Sequence record: SRR22947727_5003 | Length of the DNA stretch: 64,000 nucleotides | Strand: one strand, 5' to 3' | Shown here: positions 1 through 14,918 of the stretch, piece after piece | Layout of the letters: every line of letters starts with the position of its first letter | Numbering within the stretch: the stretch's first letter is position 1 | Made by a program: the position numbers and the translations under genes | Notes under the pieces: generated by a model | Databases searched by the model: none | Seen by the model: only the letters and a program-made list of their open reading frames with translations | What the model was told of the DNA's origin: nothing

Positions 1-28
1 CGTGGGGGTTCAAGTCCCCCCTCGCGCA
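1..28 (+). tRNA. 3' half of a tRNA, probably tRNA-Leu (truncated by the window edge; CCA not encoded)
   Basis: T-arm GGGGG-TTCAAGT-CCCCC (4-20), acceptor 3' strand CTCGCGC (21-27) and discriminator A28. It resembles the 3' half of the tRNA-Leu at 48046. The anticodon lies outside the window. Confidence 0.75.
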
Positions 29-35
29 CGCGACG

Positions 36-71
36 ACAGGGTCTTTCACTACGGTGAAAGGCCCTGTTTTT
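36..71 (+). terminator. Intrinsic terminator downstream of the tRNA
   Basis: 14-bp stem ACAGGGTCTTTCAC/GTGAAAGGCCCTGT (one G-U pair), C(UACG)G tetraloop, then a T run. Confidence 0.85.
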
Positions 72-78
72 CTGTGTC

Positions 79-100
79 TGTCAGTGGATGTTGACACAAT
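79..100 (+). promoter_or_regulatory. RecA-NDp/PafBC-type DNA-damage promoter motif
   Basis: TGTCAGTG-N8-CACAAT matches the mycobacterial TGTCRGTG-N8-TANNNT architecture with one mismatch in the -10 element. Confidence 0.6.
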
Positions 101-115
101 CGAACAAATGTTCGA
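100..115. promoter_or_regulatory. LexA SOS box
   Basis: TCGAAC-AAAT-GTTCGA is a perfect actinobacterial LexA palindrome, 10 nt upstream of the imuA ATG. Confidence 0.92.
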
Positions 116-125
116 ATATAGCTCT

Positions 126-824
126 ATGTCCCCCGCTCTCATCGTCGATCAGCACGAGCCGACTCGCGCTGATGTCGAAGCCTTGCGCCACCGTATTGCG
201 GCGATGGAGAACACCACAGCGACTCCTCGTGTGTTCCCGGTTCACGATGCTCTGAGCAGCCTTTTCCCCCAGGGTGGCCTGCTGACGGGCGCTGTCTATT
301 CTTTGGATTCTTCGGCATCGCTTCTGTGGTCTTTGTTGGCCGAACCTACTCAGAAAGGGACATGGTGTGCAGTGGTGGGGATGCCCGATCTGGGGCTTGC
401 TGCAGCAGAAGAACTCGGCGTCAATGTGGACCGTCTTGTTCTTGTGCCCTCACCCGGTGCACAGTGGATGGCTGTTGTCGGGACTCTCCTTGATGTCGTG
501 GGAGTGTGCGCTCTGGGATCTTTCCCCCCGCCGAGTGAGCGTTCGCTCTCCACTCTGTATGGGCGTTTACGAGAGAGGCAGTCCACGCTTTTGGTGCGAT
601 CGGGATGGCCCCGTGTGGATGCCACTCTCACGGCGGAGCATCGATGGGAGGGGGTCGGCGCTGGTCGAGGTCTGCTCCAGGAACACTCAGTGTGCATTAG
701 CGCGACTCCTCGATCAGGGCACACCACACGGGTGTGCGACGTGGTCATTGACCACACAGGTATGCGCGAAGCATCCCCGCTCGCTCCGGTGATTGATATT
801 GCCCACCACAGGAAAGCGGGGTAG
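126..824 (+). CDS. imuA: ImuA'-like RecA-fold mutasome accessory protein
   Basis: RecA-like core (LFPQGGL...WCAVVGMPDLGL...VDRLVLVP) with no intact Walker A, first gene before imuB-dnaE2. Start moved from 54 to ATG126 because 54-125 contains the terminator and promoter. Confidence 0.8.
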   Translation: MSPALIVDQHEPTRADVEALRHRIAAMENTTATPRVFPVHDALSSLFPQGGLLTGAVYSLDSSASLLWSLLAEPTQKGTWCAVVGMPDLGLAAAEELGVNVDRLVLVPSPGAQWMAVVGTLLDVVGVCALGSFPPPSERSLSTLYGRLRERQSTLLVRSGWPRVDATLTAEHRWEGVGAGRGLLQEHSVCISATPRSGHTTRVCDVVIDHTGMREASPLAPVIDIAHHRKAG

Positions 825-827
825 GTC

Positions 828-5799
<4,972 letters not shown>

Positions 5800-5803
<4 letters not shown>

Positions 5804-6615
5804 CGCAGTGCCCACAGAGCCACGGCGCTCGCCGCACCGACGTTCAGCGAGTCAACCGAGCCCTTCATAGGGATAGACACAACATGATCAGCACTTCGAA
5901 GAGCCTCAGCGGAGAGCCCGTCTCCCTCGGTACCGAGCATGAGCGCGAGGCGTTCCGGTGGGTTGTGGGCAAAATCATCCAAGGGGATCGCCTCCGGTGT
6001 GAGGGCGAGAGCCGCTAGCTCAAACCCTGACCCTGCGAGATCTGAGACCAATTCCGACCACGACCCGGCACGGGTCCACGGAACTTGCATGACCGCTCCC
6101 ATGGACACCCTGACGCTTCGCCGGTACAAAGGGTCAGCACACGATTCCGACACAATCACGGCGTCGGCGCCGATGCCCGCTACTGATCGAAAAATGGCAC
6201 CCACGTTTGTGTGGTCGACGATGTTCTCCAGAATCACGACCCGCCGACAGTCTTGAATCAGGTCTGACACGGTGGGAAGCACAGGCCTGGCAATGCTCGC
6301 GAGCGTCCCACGATGGACATGGAAACCAGTGATGCTCTCGAGAATGCTGTCACTGCCCAGGTATATCGGGAGGTCAGCGCAGAGCTCGAAATATCGCTCG
6401 CAGAGCTCCTCTAAGCGCCCTAGCCACTGCTGAGTGGTCAGGGCGGAGAGAGGTCGATGGCCGGCCATGAGGGATCGCTCAAGGACTTTGAGCGATTCCG
6501 CAATGTAGATGCCTTCGACTGGTTCCCTCTTGGAGCGCAACGCCACATCGGTCAGATCGCGATAGTCGGCCAACCTCTGGTCCGTCGCCAGCTCAAGGGA
6601 ATGAATGATGGGCAC
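5800..6615 (-). CDS. TrmH/SpoU-family RNA methyltransferase
   Basis: NVGAIFRS, GTEGDGL and SLNVGAA SPOUT motifs. Confidence 0.9.
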
Positions 6616-6707
6616 AGAGGGTTTCTCTCTCAGAGGTTGGAAACATAACCGTAAAAAAGCAGGTTTAGTCTCCAGAGTAGAACCTGTCGAGGAAGGGAGC
6701 TATCACG

Positions 6708-7556
6708 GTGACAACTGTGCCGCTCGCTCCCGCCACATCCACTGAGATGATCGAACAGGCCATCAGCACGCTTCGTGGGCGTCGCGCAGCCGTCTTGACC
6801 GGGGCGGGGGTCTCGACCGACTCCGGCATTCCCGACTATCGCGGGGAGGGTGCGCCTAAAGCGCACCCCATGACGTACCAAAAGTTCATGGAGTCTCACC
6901 GGCATCGCCAAAGATATTGGCTCGGCTCTCACCTTGGTTGGGGAAGATTTGCCAGTGCGACCCCGAATCAGGGCCATCGGGCTATTGCCACCGCGGAAGC
7001 GTCCTCAGCCTTTTCTGGCGTTGTCACCCAAAATGTCGATGCTTTGCATCACAAAGCTGGGTCCTTGCGTGTTGTTGACCTACACGGTCGACTCGATAAA
7101 GTCCGGTGTGTTCATTGCGGGCAGTCCTTTACAAGGGGTGCAATTGCCGGCGCAATCGACCGCCTCAACCCGTGGATTGCGAGCACGGACCTTGGCGGAC
7201 ATATCCGACCGGATGGTGACGTTGACGTTGCCGTCACGGACGAGTTTGTGGTCCCCCGGTGTGACACGTGTGAGGGTGTACTGAAACCTGAGGTGATTTT
7301 CTTCGGTGAGTTTGTACCACCCTCAGTTTTTGAACAGGCTGCAGGTCTCCTGGCTCGGTCCGATGCTCTCGTTGTTGCGGGGTCATCACTTGTGGTCAAC
7401 ACAGGTATGCGGTTGGTGAGTATGGCCCACAAGCGAAAGATTCCTATTGTCATCATCAATCGCGGACCCACGAAGGCTGACCGCATGGCAACCGTTAGGA
7501 TTGAGGGTGGAACGTCTGAGACCCTTGGCGCAATCGTCGAGGGTCTTGGCTTGTAA
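6708..7556 (+). CDS. Sir2-family NAD-dependent protein deacylase
   Basis: TGAGVSTDSGIPDYRG, TQNVDALH, HG, two CxxC pairs, GSS, INRG. Confidence 0.92.
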   Translation: MTTVPLAPATSTEMIEQAISTLRGRRAAVLTGAGVSTDSGIPDYRGEGAPKAHPMTYQKFMESHRHRQRYWLGSHLGWGRFASATPNQGHRAIATAEASSAFSGVVTQNVDALHHKAGSLRVVDLHGRLDKVRCVHCGQSFTRGAIAGAIDRLNPWIASTDLGGHIRPDGDVDVAVTDEFVVPRCDTCEGVLKPEVIFFGEFVPPSVFEQAAGLLARSDALVVAGSSLVVNTGMRLVSMAHKRKIPIVIINRGPTKADRMATVRIEGGTSETLGAIVEGLGL

Positions 7557-7585
7557 GGTAATCCACCCAGGCTCCTAGGAACTCC

Positions 7586-8221
7586 ATGACTCGTTTTTTC
7601 CTTGTTCGACACGGCGAGACCGAATGGAACCGTCTGCGGAAGATTCAAGGAATTAGCGACATTCCCCTGAACGATACGGGCCGGTCGCAAGCTGCGGCGT
7701 TGGGCGACATTCTCTCGAAGCATCGCTTCGACTTGATTGTCTCCAGTCCCCTATCCCGCGCTCTCGAGACAGCTCAGATTGTCGCCAGGAAACTGGGAAT
7801 GCCTGCCCCGCTGGTGATCCAGGACCTCGTCGAGCGGAACTACGGTGAAGCGGAAGGGTCGAGCGGGCTGGAGCTTGACACGTTGTATCCGCCTGGCACG
7901 GAGATACCGGGTCGGGAAGATCGCGCTGACGTCACCAAGCGCGTCGTCCGAACACTCCACGACCTTGCCATTCGACACCCCGAGGCAGACATCCTCGCTG
8001 TCGCGCACGGCGCGGTCATACGGTGTGTCGTTGACTACGCTGCCCCAGGCGAATATTCAGAGCCCATCACCAACTGCTCTGTCCATAGTTTCTCTCACGT
8101 GGCCGGGTCACTGGAGCTGGTGGCATTTGATGACCCCATGGAAGTCCTGTCCCATGAATTGGCGGATGACGAATTTGTCGACCAGAACCCGGTAGAAGCC
8201 AGAGAGCGCGCCCGTGGCTAA
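7586..8221 (+). CDS. Histidine phosphatase (phosphoglycerate mutase) family protein
   Basis: RHGETEWN, SSPLSRA, AHG motifs. Confidence 0.9.
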   Translation: MTRFFLVRHGETEWNRLRKIQGISDIPLNDTGRSQAAALGDILSKHRFDLIVSSPLSRALETAQIVARKLGMPAPLVIQDLVERNYGEAEGSSGLELDTLYPPGTEIPGREDRADVTKRVVRTLHDLAIRHPEADILAVAHGAVIRCVVDYAAPGEYSEPITNCSVHSFSHVAGSLELVAFDDPMEVLSHELADDEFVDQNPVEARERARG

Positions 8222-8669
8222 AGGCGTGGAGCGATTTCGCGCGCAGACCGCTCATCTTGATCTGACTATTGTCGAGCACACCGACAGCACACACACAGCC
8301 CAGGAAGCTGCGGATGCGGTCGGAGCCCCAGTCGAGGCCATCGTGAAGTCGTTGGTGTTTATGGCTGACGACACACCTCTGTTGGTACTGGTGTCGGGTC
8401 CTAACCGCGTCAACGCAGGGGCTTTGGGTGATCGTCTTGGTCGGGTGCTGCACAAAGCCGATGCGGATCTGGTGAAGTCCGCGACGGGTTTCAGTATCGG
8501 TGGGGTTCCGCCGTTTGGACACCCTCAGCCGCTTGAAACCGTGATGGACGAGGACTTTTTCGCTCTCGAGGAGGTGTGGTCGGCTGCGGGTAGCGCCACG
8601 GCAGTGTTTGCTCTGTCCCCGCAACGGCTACAGGAGCTCTCTGACGCTAGAGTTCTCCCGGTGACTTAG
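8214..8669 (+). CDS. YbaK/EbsC-family aminoacyl-tRNA deacylase
   Basis: IVKSLVF and TGFSIGGVPPFGH motifs. Confidence 0.88.
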   Translation: MAKGVERFRAQTAHLDLTIVEHTDSTHTAQEAADAVGAPVEAIVKSLVFMADDTPLLVLVSGPNRVNAGALGDRLGRVLHKADADLVKSATGFSIGGVPPFGHPQPLETVMDEDFFALEEVWSAAGSATAVFALSPQRLQELSDARVLPVT

Positions 8670-8681
8670 AGAGCTTGGTTC

Positions 8682-10403
8682 ATGGATTTTCGGCTTCCCT
8701 ACGCCCATCGTGGGCTTGATCACGACCCTCAGTGGTATCGCCGTGCTGTCTTCTATGAGGTGATGGTTCGGTCGTTTTACGATTCTGACGGTGACGGCGT
8801 GGGTGATATTCCGGGGCTGATCAGCAAGCTTGACTACTTGGAATGGTTGGGCATTGACGCCTTGTGGCTCCCCCCGTTTTACTCATCGCCGCTGAAAGAC
8901 GGTGGTTATGACGTCGCAGACTTCCGTCAGGTGTTGCCAGAGTTTGGAACAATCGAAGACTTCCAGGAGCTTGTCGCGCAGGCACACTCTCGCAATATGC
9001 GGGTGGTGATGGACCTTCCCCTCAACCACACCTCTGTTGACCACGAGTGGTTCCAGGAGTCTCGCTCAAATCCCGATGGCCCCTATGGGGATTATTACGT
9101 CTGGTCGGATACCGATCAGATTCGCCAGCAAATTCGGGTCATTTTCACTGATACAGAGACCTCAAACTGGGCATTCGATTCTGAGCGCCGTCAGTTCTAT
9201 TTCCACCGCTTCTTTTCCCACCAACCTGACCTGAACTATCACAATCCCAGGGTTCACGACGAGGTTCGCGATATTGCACGCTTTTGGTTGGCCATGGGTG
9301 TTGATGGATTCCGCCTCGACGCGATTCCCTACCTCTACGAGTCCGACGAGGGTTCCGGTGAGAGCGAACCAGAGACACACGAGTTCTTGAAGAAATTCCG
9401 CTCGTTTCTGGACGAAGAGTTTCCGGGTCGTGTGCTGATCGCCGAAGCGAACCAGTGGCCCAAAGAAGTGGCCGCCTATTTGGGAACCAACGAAGAGCCT
9501 GAGTGCCATATGGCCTTTGACTTTCCCATCATGCCGCGCATCTTCTATGCCCTGAGATCTCAGCAGACCGCAAGCCTGAACGAGGTGCTCTCCGAAACCA
9601 CGGAGGTGCCAGAGGGCGCTGCGTGGGGTGTTTTCTTGCGAAACCATGACGAACTCACGCTGGAAATGGTGACCGAGGAGGAAAAGCAGGCCCTTTACGG
9701 TTGGTATGCCTACGACCCTCGGATGAGGGTCAACGTTGGTATTAGGCGCAGGCTTGCGACCCTTCTCGACAATTCCCGTAAAGAGCTCGAGCTTGCTCAT
9801 GGGCTCTTGTTGTCCCTGCCCGGCAGCCCTTTCCTCTACTACGGGGACGAAATCGGCATGGGCGACAACATCTGGCTGGAGGACCGCGATAGTTCCAGAA
9901 CCCCCATGCAATGGACCCCCGACCGCAATGCCGGATTCTCCGCTGCTGATCCTGGGAAGCTCTACCTTCCGGTGGTTCAGTCGCTTGTGTATAACTATGC
10001 CTTCTCCAATGTTGAGACCCAGCTTGCACAGCAGGCCTCCCTGTTGCACTGGGTTCGCAATCTTGTCCACCTGAGGAAGGAGCACCCAGTGCTGGGGGTT
10101 GGATCCTTAAGGGTGGTGCCCACCGACAACCCCTCAGCGCTCGCTTTCATTCGGGATATGCAGGCCGAGGACTGTAGGCCCGGCGAGCGCCCCGAGACGA
10201 TGTTGTGTGTGTATTCGTTCGCACATCACCCCATTTCCGTGGACCTGCAGCTCCCTGAGGAGTTTCGCGCGAACCGCGTGACGGACGTGATGGGTGGTAC
10301 CTCGTTCCCGGCGCCCAGCGAACAGGGCCATGTGACGCTGACACTTCCGGCTCAGAGCTTCTACTGGCTGTCGCTCGCGGGGGTCAAACAGTCGGTGGCA
10401 TAA
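8682..10403 (+). CDS. treS: Trehalose synthase / maltose alpha-D-glucosyltransferase (GH13)
   Basis: WYRRAVFYE, GFRLDA, AEANQWP, FLRNHDELTLEMVT, GIRRRLA signatures. Confidence 0.93.
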   Translation: MDFRLPYAHRGLDHDPQWYRRAVFYEVMVRSFYDSDGDGVGDIPGLISKLDYLEWLGIDALWLPPFYSSPLKDGGYDVADFRQVLPEFGTIEDFQELVAQAHSRNMRVVMDLPLNHTSVDHEWFQESRSNPDGPYGDYYVWSDTDQIRQQIRVIFTDTETSNWAFDSERRQFYFHRFFSHQPDLNYHNPRVHDEVRDIARFWLAMGVDGFRLDAIPYLYESDEGSGESEPETHEFLKKFRSFLDEEFPGRVLIAEANQWPKEVAAYLGTNEEPECHMAFDFPIMPRIFYALRSQQTASLNEVLSETTEVPEGAAWGVFLRNHDELTLEMVTEEEKQALYGWYAYDPRMRVNVGIRRRLATLLDNSRKELELAHGLLLSLPGSPFLYYGDEIGMGDNIWLEDRDSSRTPMQWTPDRNAGFSAADPGKLYLPVVQSLVYNYAFSNVETQLAQQASLLHWVRNLVHLRKEHPVLGVGSLRVVPTDNPSALAFIRDMQAEDCRPGERPETMLCVYSFAHHPISVDLQLPEEFRANRVTDVMGGTSFPAPSEQGHVTLTLPAQSFYWLSLAGVKQSVA

Positions 10404-10413
10404 GCTCCTGGAT

Positions 10414-11103
10414 ATGACCCACTGGAGCGATACGCTGGCGGTTTTCGATACTGAGACAACCGGTTTGGATACCCGACACGCTCGGATTGTCACCTGTTTC
10501 CTCGGGATCATTGGCCCAGATGGCGAGGTCCAGGAGTCCCACAGTTGGCTGGCCGACCCTGGCGTGGATATCCCCGAGCAGGCTGCCGCTGTCCATGGTG
10601 TGACGACAGAGATGGCGCGCGAGCAAGGCCGTAGTGCCCCTGACGTCGTCCGGGAGATTGGTGACACAGTGGGGGGATATCTCGCTTCAGGGCTCCCCGT
10701 GGTGGCGTACAACGCTGTGTATGACTTTTCGATACTTCATCACGAAATGGTGCGATACGACATCGCTCCCCTGTCCGATCCGAGACCCATCATTGATCCT
10801 CTTGTGATTGATCGCGCGGTGGATACCTACCGAAAAGGAAAACGAACCTTGGGGATGGCGGCAGCACATTACCTGGTGGCCCTCGATGACTCCCACCGGG
10901 CGGATGCCGACGCTATTGCAGCCGGGAGAGTCGCGCAAGCAATTCTCCGGCAACACGAGGAGACACTCACAGGTGATGCGCAGTGGCTGCACGACCAGCA
11001 AATCGAGTGGGCGCGCGCCTGGGCAGAGAACTACCAGAAGTTTCGCCGTGGGTCGGGAGACCCGAGTTTTGTTGCGAGCGGAACGTGGCCCGTTCGCCTC
11101 TAG
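10414..11103 (+). CDS. DEDDh 3'-5' exonuclease (DnaQ-like)
   Basis: FDTETTG, YNAVYD and HRADADA motifs. Confidence 0.88.
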   Translation: MTHWSDTLAVFDTETTGLDTRHARIVTCFLGIIGPDGEVQESHSWLADPGVDIPEQAAAVHGVTTEMAREQGRSAPDVVREIGDTVGGYLASGLPVVAYNAVYDFSILHHEMVRYDIAPLSDPRPIIDPLVIDRAVDTYRKGKRTLGMAAAHYLVALDDSHRADADAIAAGRVAQAILRQHEETLTGDAQWLHDQQIEWARAWAENYQKFRRGSGDPSFVASGTWPVRL

Positions 11104-11355
11104 TTACTTGCCGAAGTTCTTAAAACGCTGGTTGAACTTCTCGACACGTCCGGCAGAGTCAAGGATGCGCTGCTTACCGGTGTAGAAGGGGTGCGAGGCG
11201 CTCGAAATCTCGACATCAATCACGGGGTAGGTGTTGCCATCCTCCCATTCAACTGTTTTCTCGCTGGTCGCGGTAGACCGGGTAAGAAAGCTCTCCCCCG
11301 AAGTCAGGTCGCGGAAGACCACAGGGACGTAGGTGGGGTGAATGTCAGCTCTCAT
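11104..11355 (-). CDS. rpmE2: 50S ribosomal protein L31, type B (zinc-free)
   Basis: MRADIHPTY...[13 protein letters not shown], no CxxC. Start set at ATG 11355. Confidence 0.93.
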   Translation of the reverse strand: MRADIHPTYVPVVFRDLTSGESFLTRSTATSEKTVEWEDGNTYPVIDVEISSASHPFYTGKQRILDSAGRVEKFNQRFKNFGK

Positions 11356-11427
11356 GACCTGCAAATCCTTAGTTGTGTCGAATGCCGGGAGTACGCCTCC
11401 GGCCAAAGCGCTACTTTACCAGGAAAA

Positions 11428-12210
11428 TCAGAGAGCGGTGGCCTGATAACGGCCATTGTTATGTGTGACCGAGAGGGGTCGACCGAACGCTTCACTCAAA
11501 ACATCCCCCGTGAGCGTGTCAGCGATCGGGCCTTGCGCAATCGCGCTACCCCCCGCAATCACCAATAAATGAGTGAAACCCGTGGGAATCTCTTCGACAT
11601 GATGCGTGACCATCACCATGGCCGGTGAGCCTGGGTCGCTGGCGAAGTGGTCCAACATCTCGATGACGTCTTCCCTCGCGCCAACATCGAGGCTCCCTGC
11701 TGGTTCATCGAGAAGGAGAAGCTCTGGATCCGTCATCACTGCGCGCGCGATCTGGACGCGCTTCTTTTCCCCGTCAGAAAGGGTTCGAATAGTGCTCTCT
11801 GCCAGATCGTCCAGGCGCCACTCACTCAGAACTCGCAAAGCGCGACGTGTGTCGATGTCCTCATAGTCTTCTCTCCACCGCCCCGTAACGCCATAAGCGG
11901 CTGTAAGAACACTGTCCAGAACGGTCTCGTTGTAGGGAATCCTGTTGGTCATGTCGCTGGAGGCATATCCAACCCGAGGTCGAAGTTCAAAGACGTCCGT
12001 CTTTCCCAAGGTTTCACCGAGAACAGTGACAGTGCCAGACGAGGGGTAGGTGAGAGAAGCCAACATACTGAGCAAGGTTGTCTTGCCTGCTCCGTTGGGT
12101 CCAACGATGACCCATCGCTCGCGCGAATCTATGACCCAGGAAATGTCTTGGAGGATAGGGCGTTGATCCCGCACAAAACTCACGGATGAGAACGCGGCAA
12201 CCTCTGACAT
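11428..12210 (-). CDS. ABC transporter ATP-binding protein (no cognate permease adjacent)
   Basis: GPNGAGKTT Walker A, LSDGE signature variant, LLLDEP Walker B, THH. Start set at ATG 12210. Confidence 0.88.
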   Translation of the reverse strand: MSEVAAFSSVSFVRDQRPILQDISWVIDSRERWVIVGPNGAGKTTLLSMLASLTYPSSGTVTVLGETLGKTDVFELRPRVGYASSDMTNRIPYNETVLDSVLTAAYGVTGRWREDYEDIDTRRALRVLSEWRLDDLAESTIRTLSDGEKKRVQIARAVMTDPELLLLDEPAGSLDVGAREDVIEMLDHFASDPGSPAMVMVTHHVEEIPTGFTHLLVIAGGSAIAQGPIADTLTGDVLSEAFGRPLSVTHNNGRYQATAL

Positions 12211-12275
12211 ATCGACCAAGCCTACTCCACCCCCATCGCCCGTTTTGAGGGGAAGGCATCGGCTACGCTGGAGGG

Positions 12276-13517
12276 GTGACGGCACCAAAAGTGTTCGGAA
12301 TTGTTCTCGCCGGGGGCGAGGGCAAGCGACTGATGCCCCTCACTGCGGATCGAGCAAAGCCCGCTGTTCCTTTTGCCGGTCACTACCGGCTCATTGATTT
12401 CGCTATTTCTAACCTCATCAACTCGGGGCTTCGTCAGATTGTTGTGCTGACTCAGTACAAATCGCATTCGCTCGATCGCCATGTGTCTCAAACCTGGCGA
12501 CTCAGTGGCATGCTGAACGCTTACGTGGCGTCCGTCCCCGCGCAACAGCGTCTGGGAAAGCGCTGGTTTGCGGGCTCCGCGGATGCAATTTTCCAAAGCT
12601 TGAATCTCATCGGAGACGAAAAACCGGATTACGTTGTGGTCGTCGGCGCCGACCACGTCTATCGCATGGATTTCCAGCAGATGCTCGAGGCTCATATTGC
12701 CAGTGGAGCAAAGGTTACGGTCGCCGGAATTCGGCAGCCCAAGGACCTTTCTGATCAGTTCGGCGTTATTCAGGTGGATTCTGAGGATCCCACCCTGATT
12801 CGTGACTTTGTTGAAAAGCCGCACTCTATCGACGGGTTGAAGGACTCCCCCGATGAGGTTCTTGCGTCGATGGGTAACTACGTCTTTACGACGAGCGCAC
12901 TGGTGGAGGCCGTACGAGCTGACGCTCGGGATGTGGAATCTGCACATGACATGGGCGGGGACGTGATACCCGCCTTTGTGAAGCGGGGCGAGGCGTACGT
13001 GTACGACCTCAATCGCAATGTTGTCCCCGGTGCCCGATCGAATGATCGCTTTTATTGGCGTGATGTGGGAACCATCGACGCTTTCTATGACGCTCACCAA
13101 GATCTGATTTCCAAAGATCCAGTTTTCAACCTTTTCAACGACAAGTGGCCCATCTTTTCCCAACAGTGGAACTCTCCCCCGGCGAAATTTGTCCAGGACA
13201 AGGACGGAAACCCGGGTTCACTCTCTGAGTCCACAGTGTCGTTGGGGTGCTATGTGGTCGGTGCCAGCGTCTCGCGAAGCGTTCTAGGTCCGTGGGTGAA
13301 GATTGATTCAGGAGCAACGGTCGAGGATTCCATTGTGTTTGAGCGAGTTGTTATTGGCCAGGGTGCCGTTGTGCGGCGAGCAATCTTGGATAAAGAGGTT
13401 GTGGTGGAACCCGGCGCCACAGTCGGTGTTGATCGAGAACTTGACGCTTCACGCGGGTTTACCATTTCCGACTCGGGAATAACCGTGGTGGCGAAGGGGC
13501 TTGTGGTGTCGGCGTGA
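12276..13517 (+). CDS. glgC: Glucose-1-phosphate adenylyltransferase
   Basis: [36 protein letters not shown]-terminal beta-helix repeats. Confidence 0.95.
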   Translation: MTAPKVFGIVLAGGEGKRLMPLTADRAKPAVPFAGHYRLIDFAISNLINSGLRQIVVLTQYKSHSLDRHVSQTWRLSGMLNAYVASVPAQQRLGKRWFAGSADAIFQSLNLIGDEKPDYVVVVGADHVYRMDFQQMLEAHIASGAKVTVAGIRQPKDLSDQFGVIQVDSEDPTLIRDFVEKPHSIDGLKDSPDEVLASMGNYVFTTSALVEAVRADARDVESAHDMGGDVIPAFVKRGEAYVYDLNRNVVPGARSNDRFYWRDVGTIDAFYDAHQDLISKDPVFNLFNDKWPIFSQQWNSPPAKFVQDKDGNPGSLSESTVSLGCYVVGASVSRSVLGPWVKIDSGATVEDSIVFERVVIGQGAVVRRAILDKEVVVEPGATVGVDRELDASRGFTISDSGITVVAKGLVVSA

Positions 13518-14164
13518 CCCGCCACCGCACACTTGTCGTTCTCGACGTCGACTCGACGCTGACCCGAGACGAAGGGATTGACCTCCTCGCTAGCTTTGTG
13601 TCGGAGGATGTTGCCTCTCAGGTGGCCGCCATCACAGCAGCGGCGATGCGAGGAGAGCTGGACTTTGAGGAGTCTTTGAAGCGCAGGGTTGCGACTCTAG
13701 AGGGCGTCAGCGTTGAGGCGGTTGCGGCGGCGACAGCGCAGGTCAGAGTGACCGAGGGGGCACACGAACTCGTCTCGGAGCTCCATGCCCACGGGCACCT
13801 TGTTGGTGCCGTTTCTGGCGGTTTTCACCACATGATTGATCCACTCGCCGAGAACTTGAATCTTGATTTTCATCGAGCCAACGTTTTGGAGGTCTGGGAA
13901 GGTCGTCTCACAGGTAAAACGGTGGGAACCGTTATCGATGCAGGGATGAAGGCGGCGACGCTCCGAGAATGGGCCAGCGAGCATGACATTGACATGGCCC
14001 ACACTGTTGCTGTGGGCGATGGGGGCAACGACGTCGAAATGCTGAAAGAAGCCGGTGTGGGAATTGCTTTTATGGCAAAACCGGTAGCGAAAGAAGCGGC
14101 TGATGTGAGCATCGATGAGCCAGACCTGAGGCTCGTGCTCGACGTTCTTGGGCTGAGAGGTTAG
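13514..14164 (+). CDS. serB: Phosphoserine phosphatase (HAD)
   Basis: DVDSTL, VSGGF, GDGGND motifs. Confidence 0.88.
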   Translation: MTRHRTLVVLDVDSTLTRDEGIDLLASFVSEDVASQVAAITAAAMRGELDFEESLKRRVATLEGVSVEAVAAATAQVRVTEGAHELVSELHAHGHLVGAVSGGFHHMIDPLAENLNLDFHRANVLEVWEGRLTGKTVGTVIDAGMKAATLREWASEHDIDMAHTVAVGDGGNDVEMLKEAGVGIAFMAKPVAKEAADVSIDEPDLRLVLDVLGLRG

Positions 14165-14871
14165 TGGCCCATCCCTAGTCCGCCATCGACCGGAATAACT
14201 GCACCGGAGATGTAGGCAGCATCGTCGCCTGCGAGCCACGACACCGCCGCGGCAACTTCTTCTGGTTCCGCAAAACGACCGGCGGGAATAGCGCTGAGGT
14301 AAGACTCCTGTTGTGCCTCTGGGAGCTCTCGGGTCATATCAGTGTTGATAAAGCCTGGAGCGACCACGTTCGCAGTGATACCGCGGGAGCCGAGCTCTCG
14401 GGTGACCGACCTGGCGAACCCAATCAACGCAGATTTAGACGAGGCGTAATTGACTTGCCCTGGTGACCCGTAGAGGCCGACGACGCTGGAGATCAAGATG
14501 ATGCGTCCATGTTTTGCCTTAATCATGGACGTGATGCAGCGCTTGACCACTTTGAAAACGCCCACCAAGTTCGTGTTGATGACGTCCTCAAAGTCTCCGT
14601 CTGACATGCGCATCAGGAGAGTGTCTTTGGTGACACCTGCATTAGCGACGAGCACCTCAATGGGACCGAGTTCCGCCTCTACCGCGGCGATTGCTGCGTC
14701 CAAAGACTCACCATCCGTCACATCAGCAACAACGGTCAGAGATCCTGCTGGTCCCGAACCATGTCGTGCGGTCACAGCAACGCGATGACCCTCAGCAATA
14801 AAACGCGAGGCGATGGCATGCCCGATCCCGCGATTGCCGCCGGTGACAAGAACAGTGCGTGGGGTGTTCAT
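14161..14871 (-). CDS. fabG: 3-oxoacyl-ACP reductase
   Basis: TGGNRGIG, NAG, YASSK, VAPGFI SDR motifs; ends DGGLGMGH like actinobacterial FabG1. Confidence 0.92.
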   Translation of the reverse strand: MNTPRTVLVTGGNRGIGHAIASRFIAEGHRVAVTARHGSGPAGSLTVVADVTDGESLDAAIAAVEAELGPIEVLVANAGVTKDTLLMRMSDGDFEDVINTNLVGVFKVVKRCITSMIKAKHGRIILISSVVGLYGSPGQVNYASSKSALIGFARSVTRELGSRGITANVVAPGFINTDMTRELPEAQQESYLSAIPAGRFAEPEEVAAAVSWLAGDDAAYISGAVIPVDGGLGMGH

Positions 14872-14918
14872 AATCCTCAAGCTTATTGGCAGGTTGGGGG
14901 CTTACGATAAAGGACACC

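Noticed and set aside
54..125. N-terminal extension of the imuA ORF from GTG54
   Set aside because: It runs through the tRNA terminator, promoter motif and SOS box; ATG126 is the plausible start
9162..10085. 307-aa ORF antisense to treS
   Set aside because: Shadow ORF typical of high-GC codon bias; no recognisable motifs
12222..13163. 313-aa ORF antisense to glgC, considered as the missing glgM/glgA
   Set aside because: Almost entirely antisense to glgC and has no glycosyltransferase motifs
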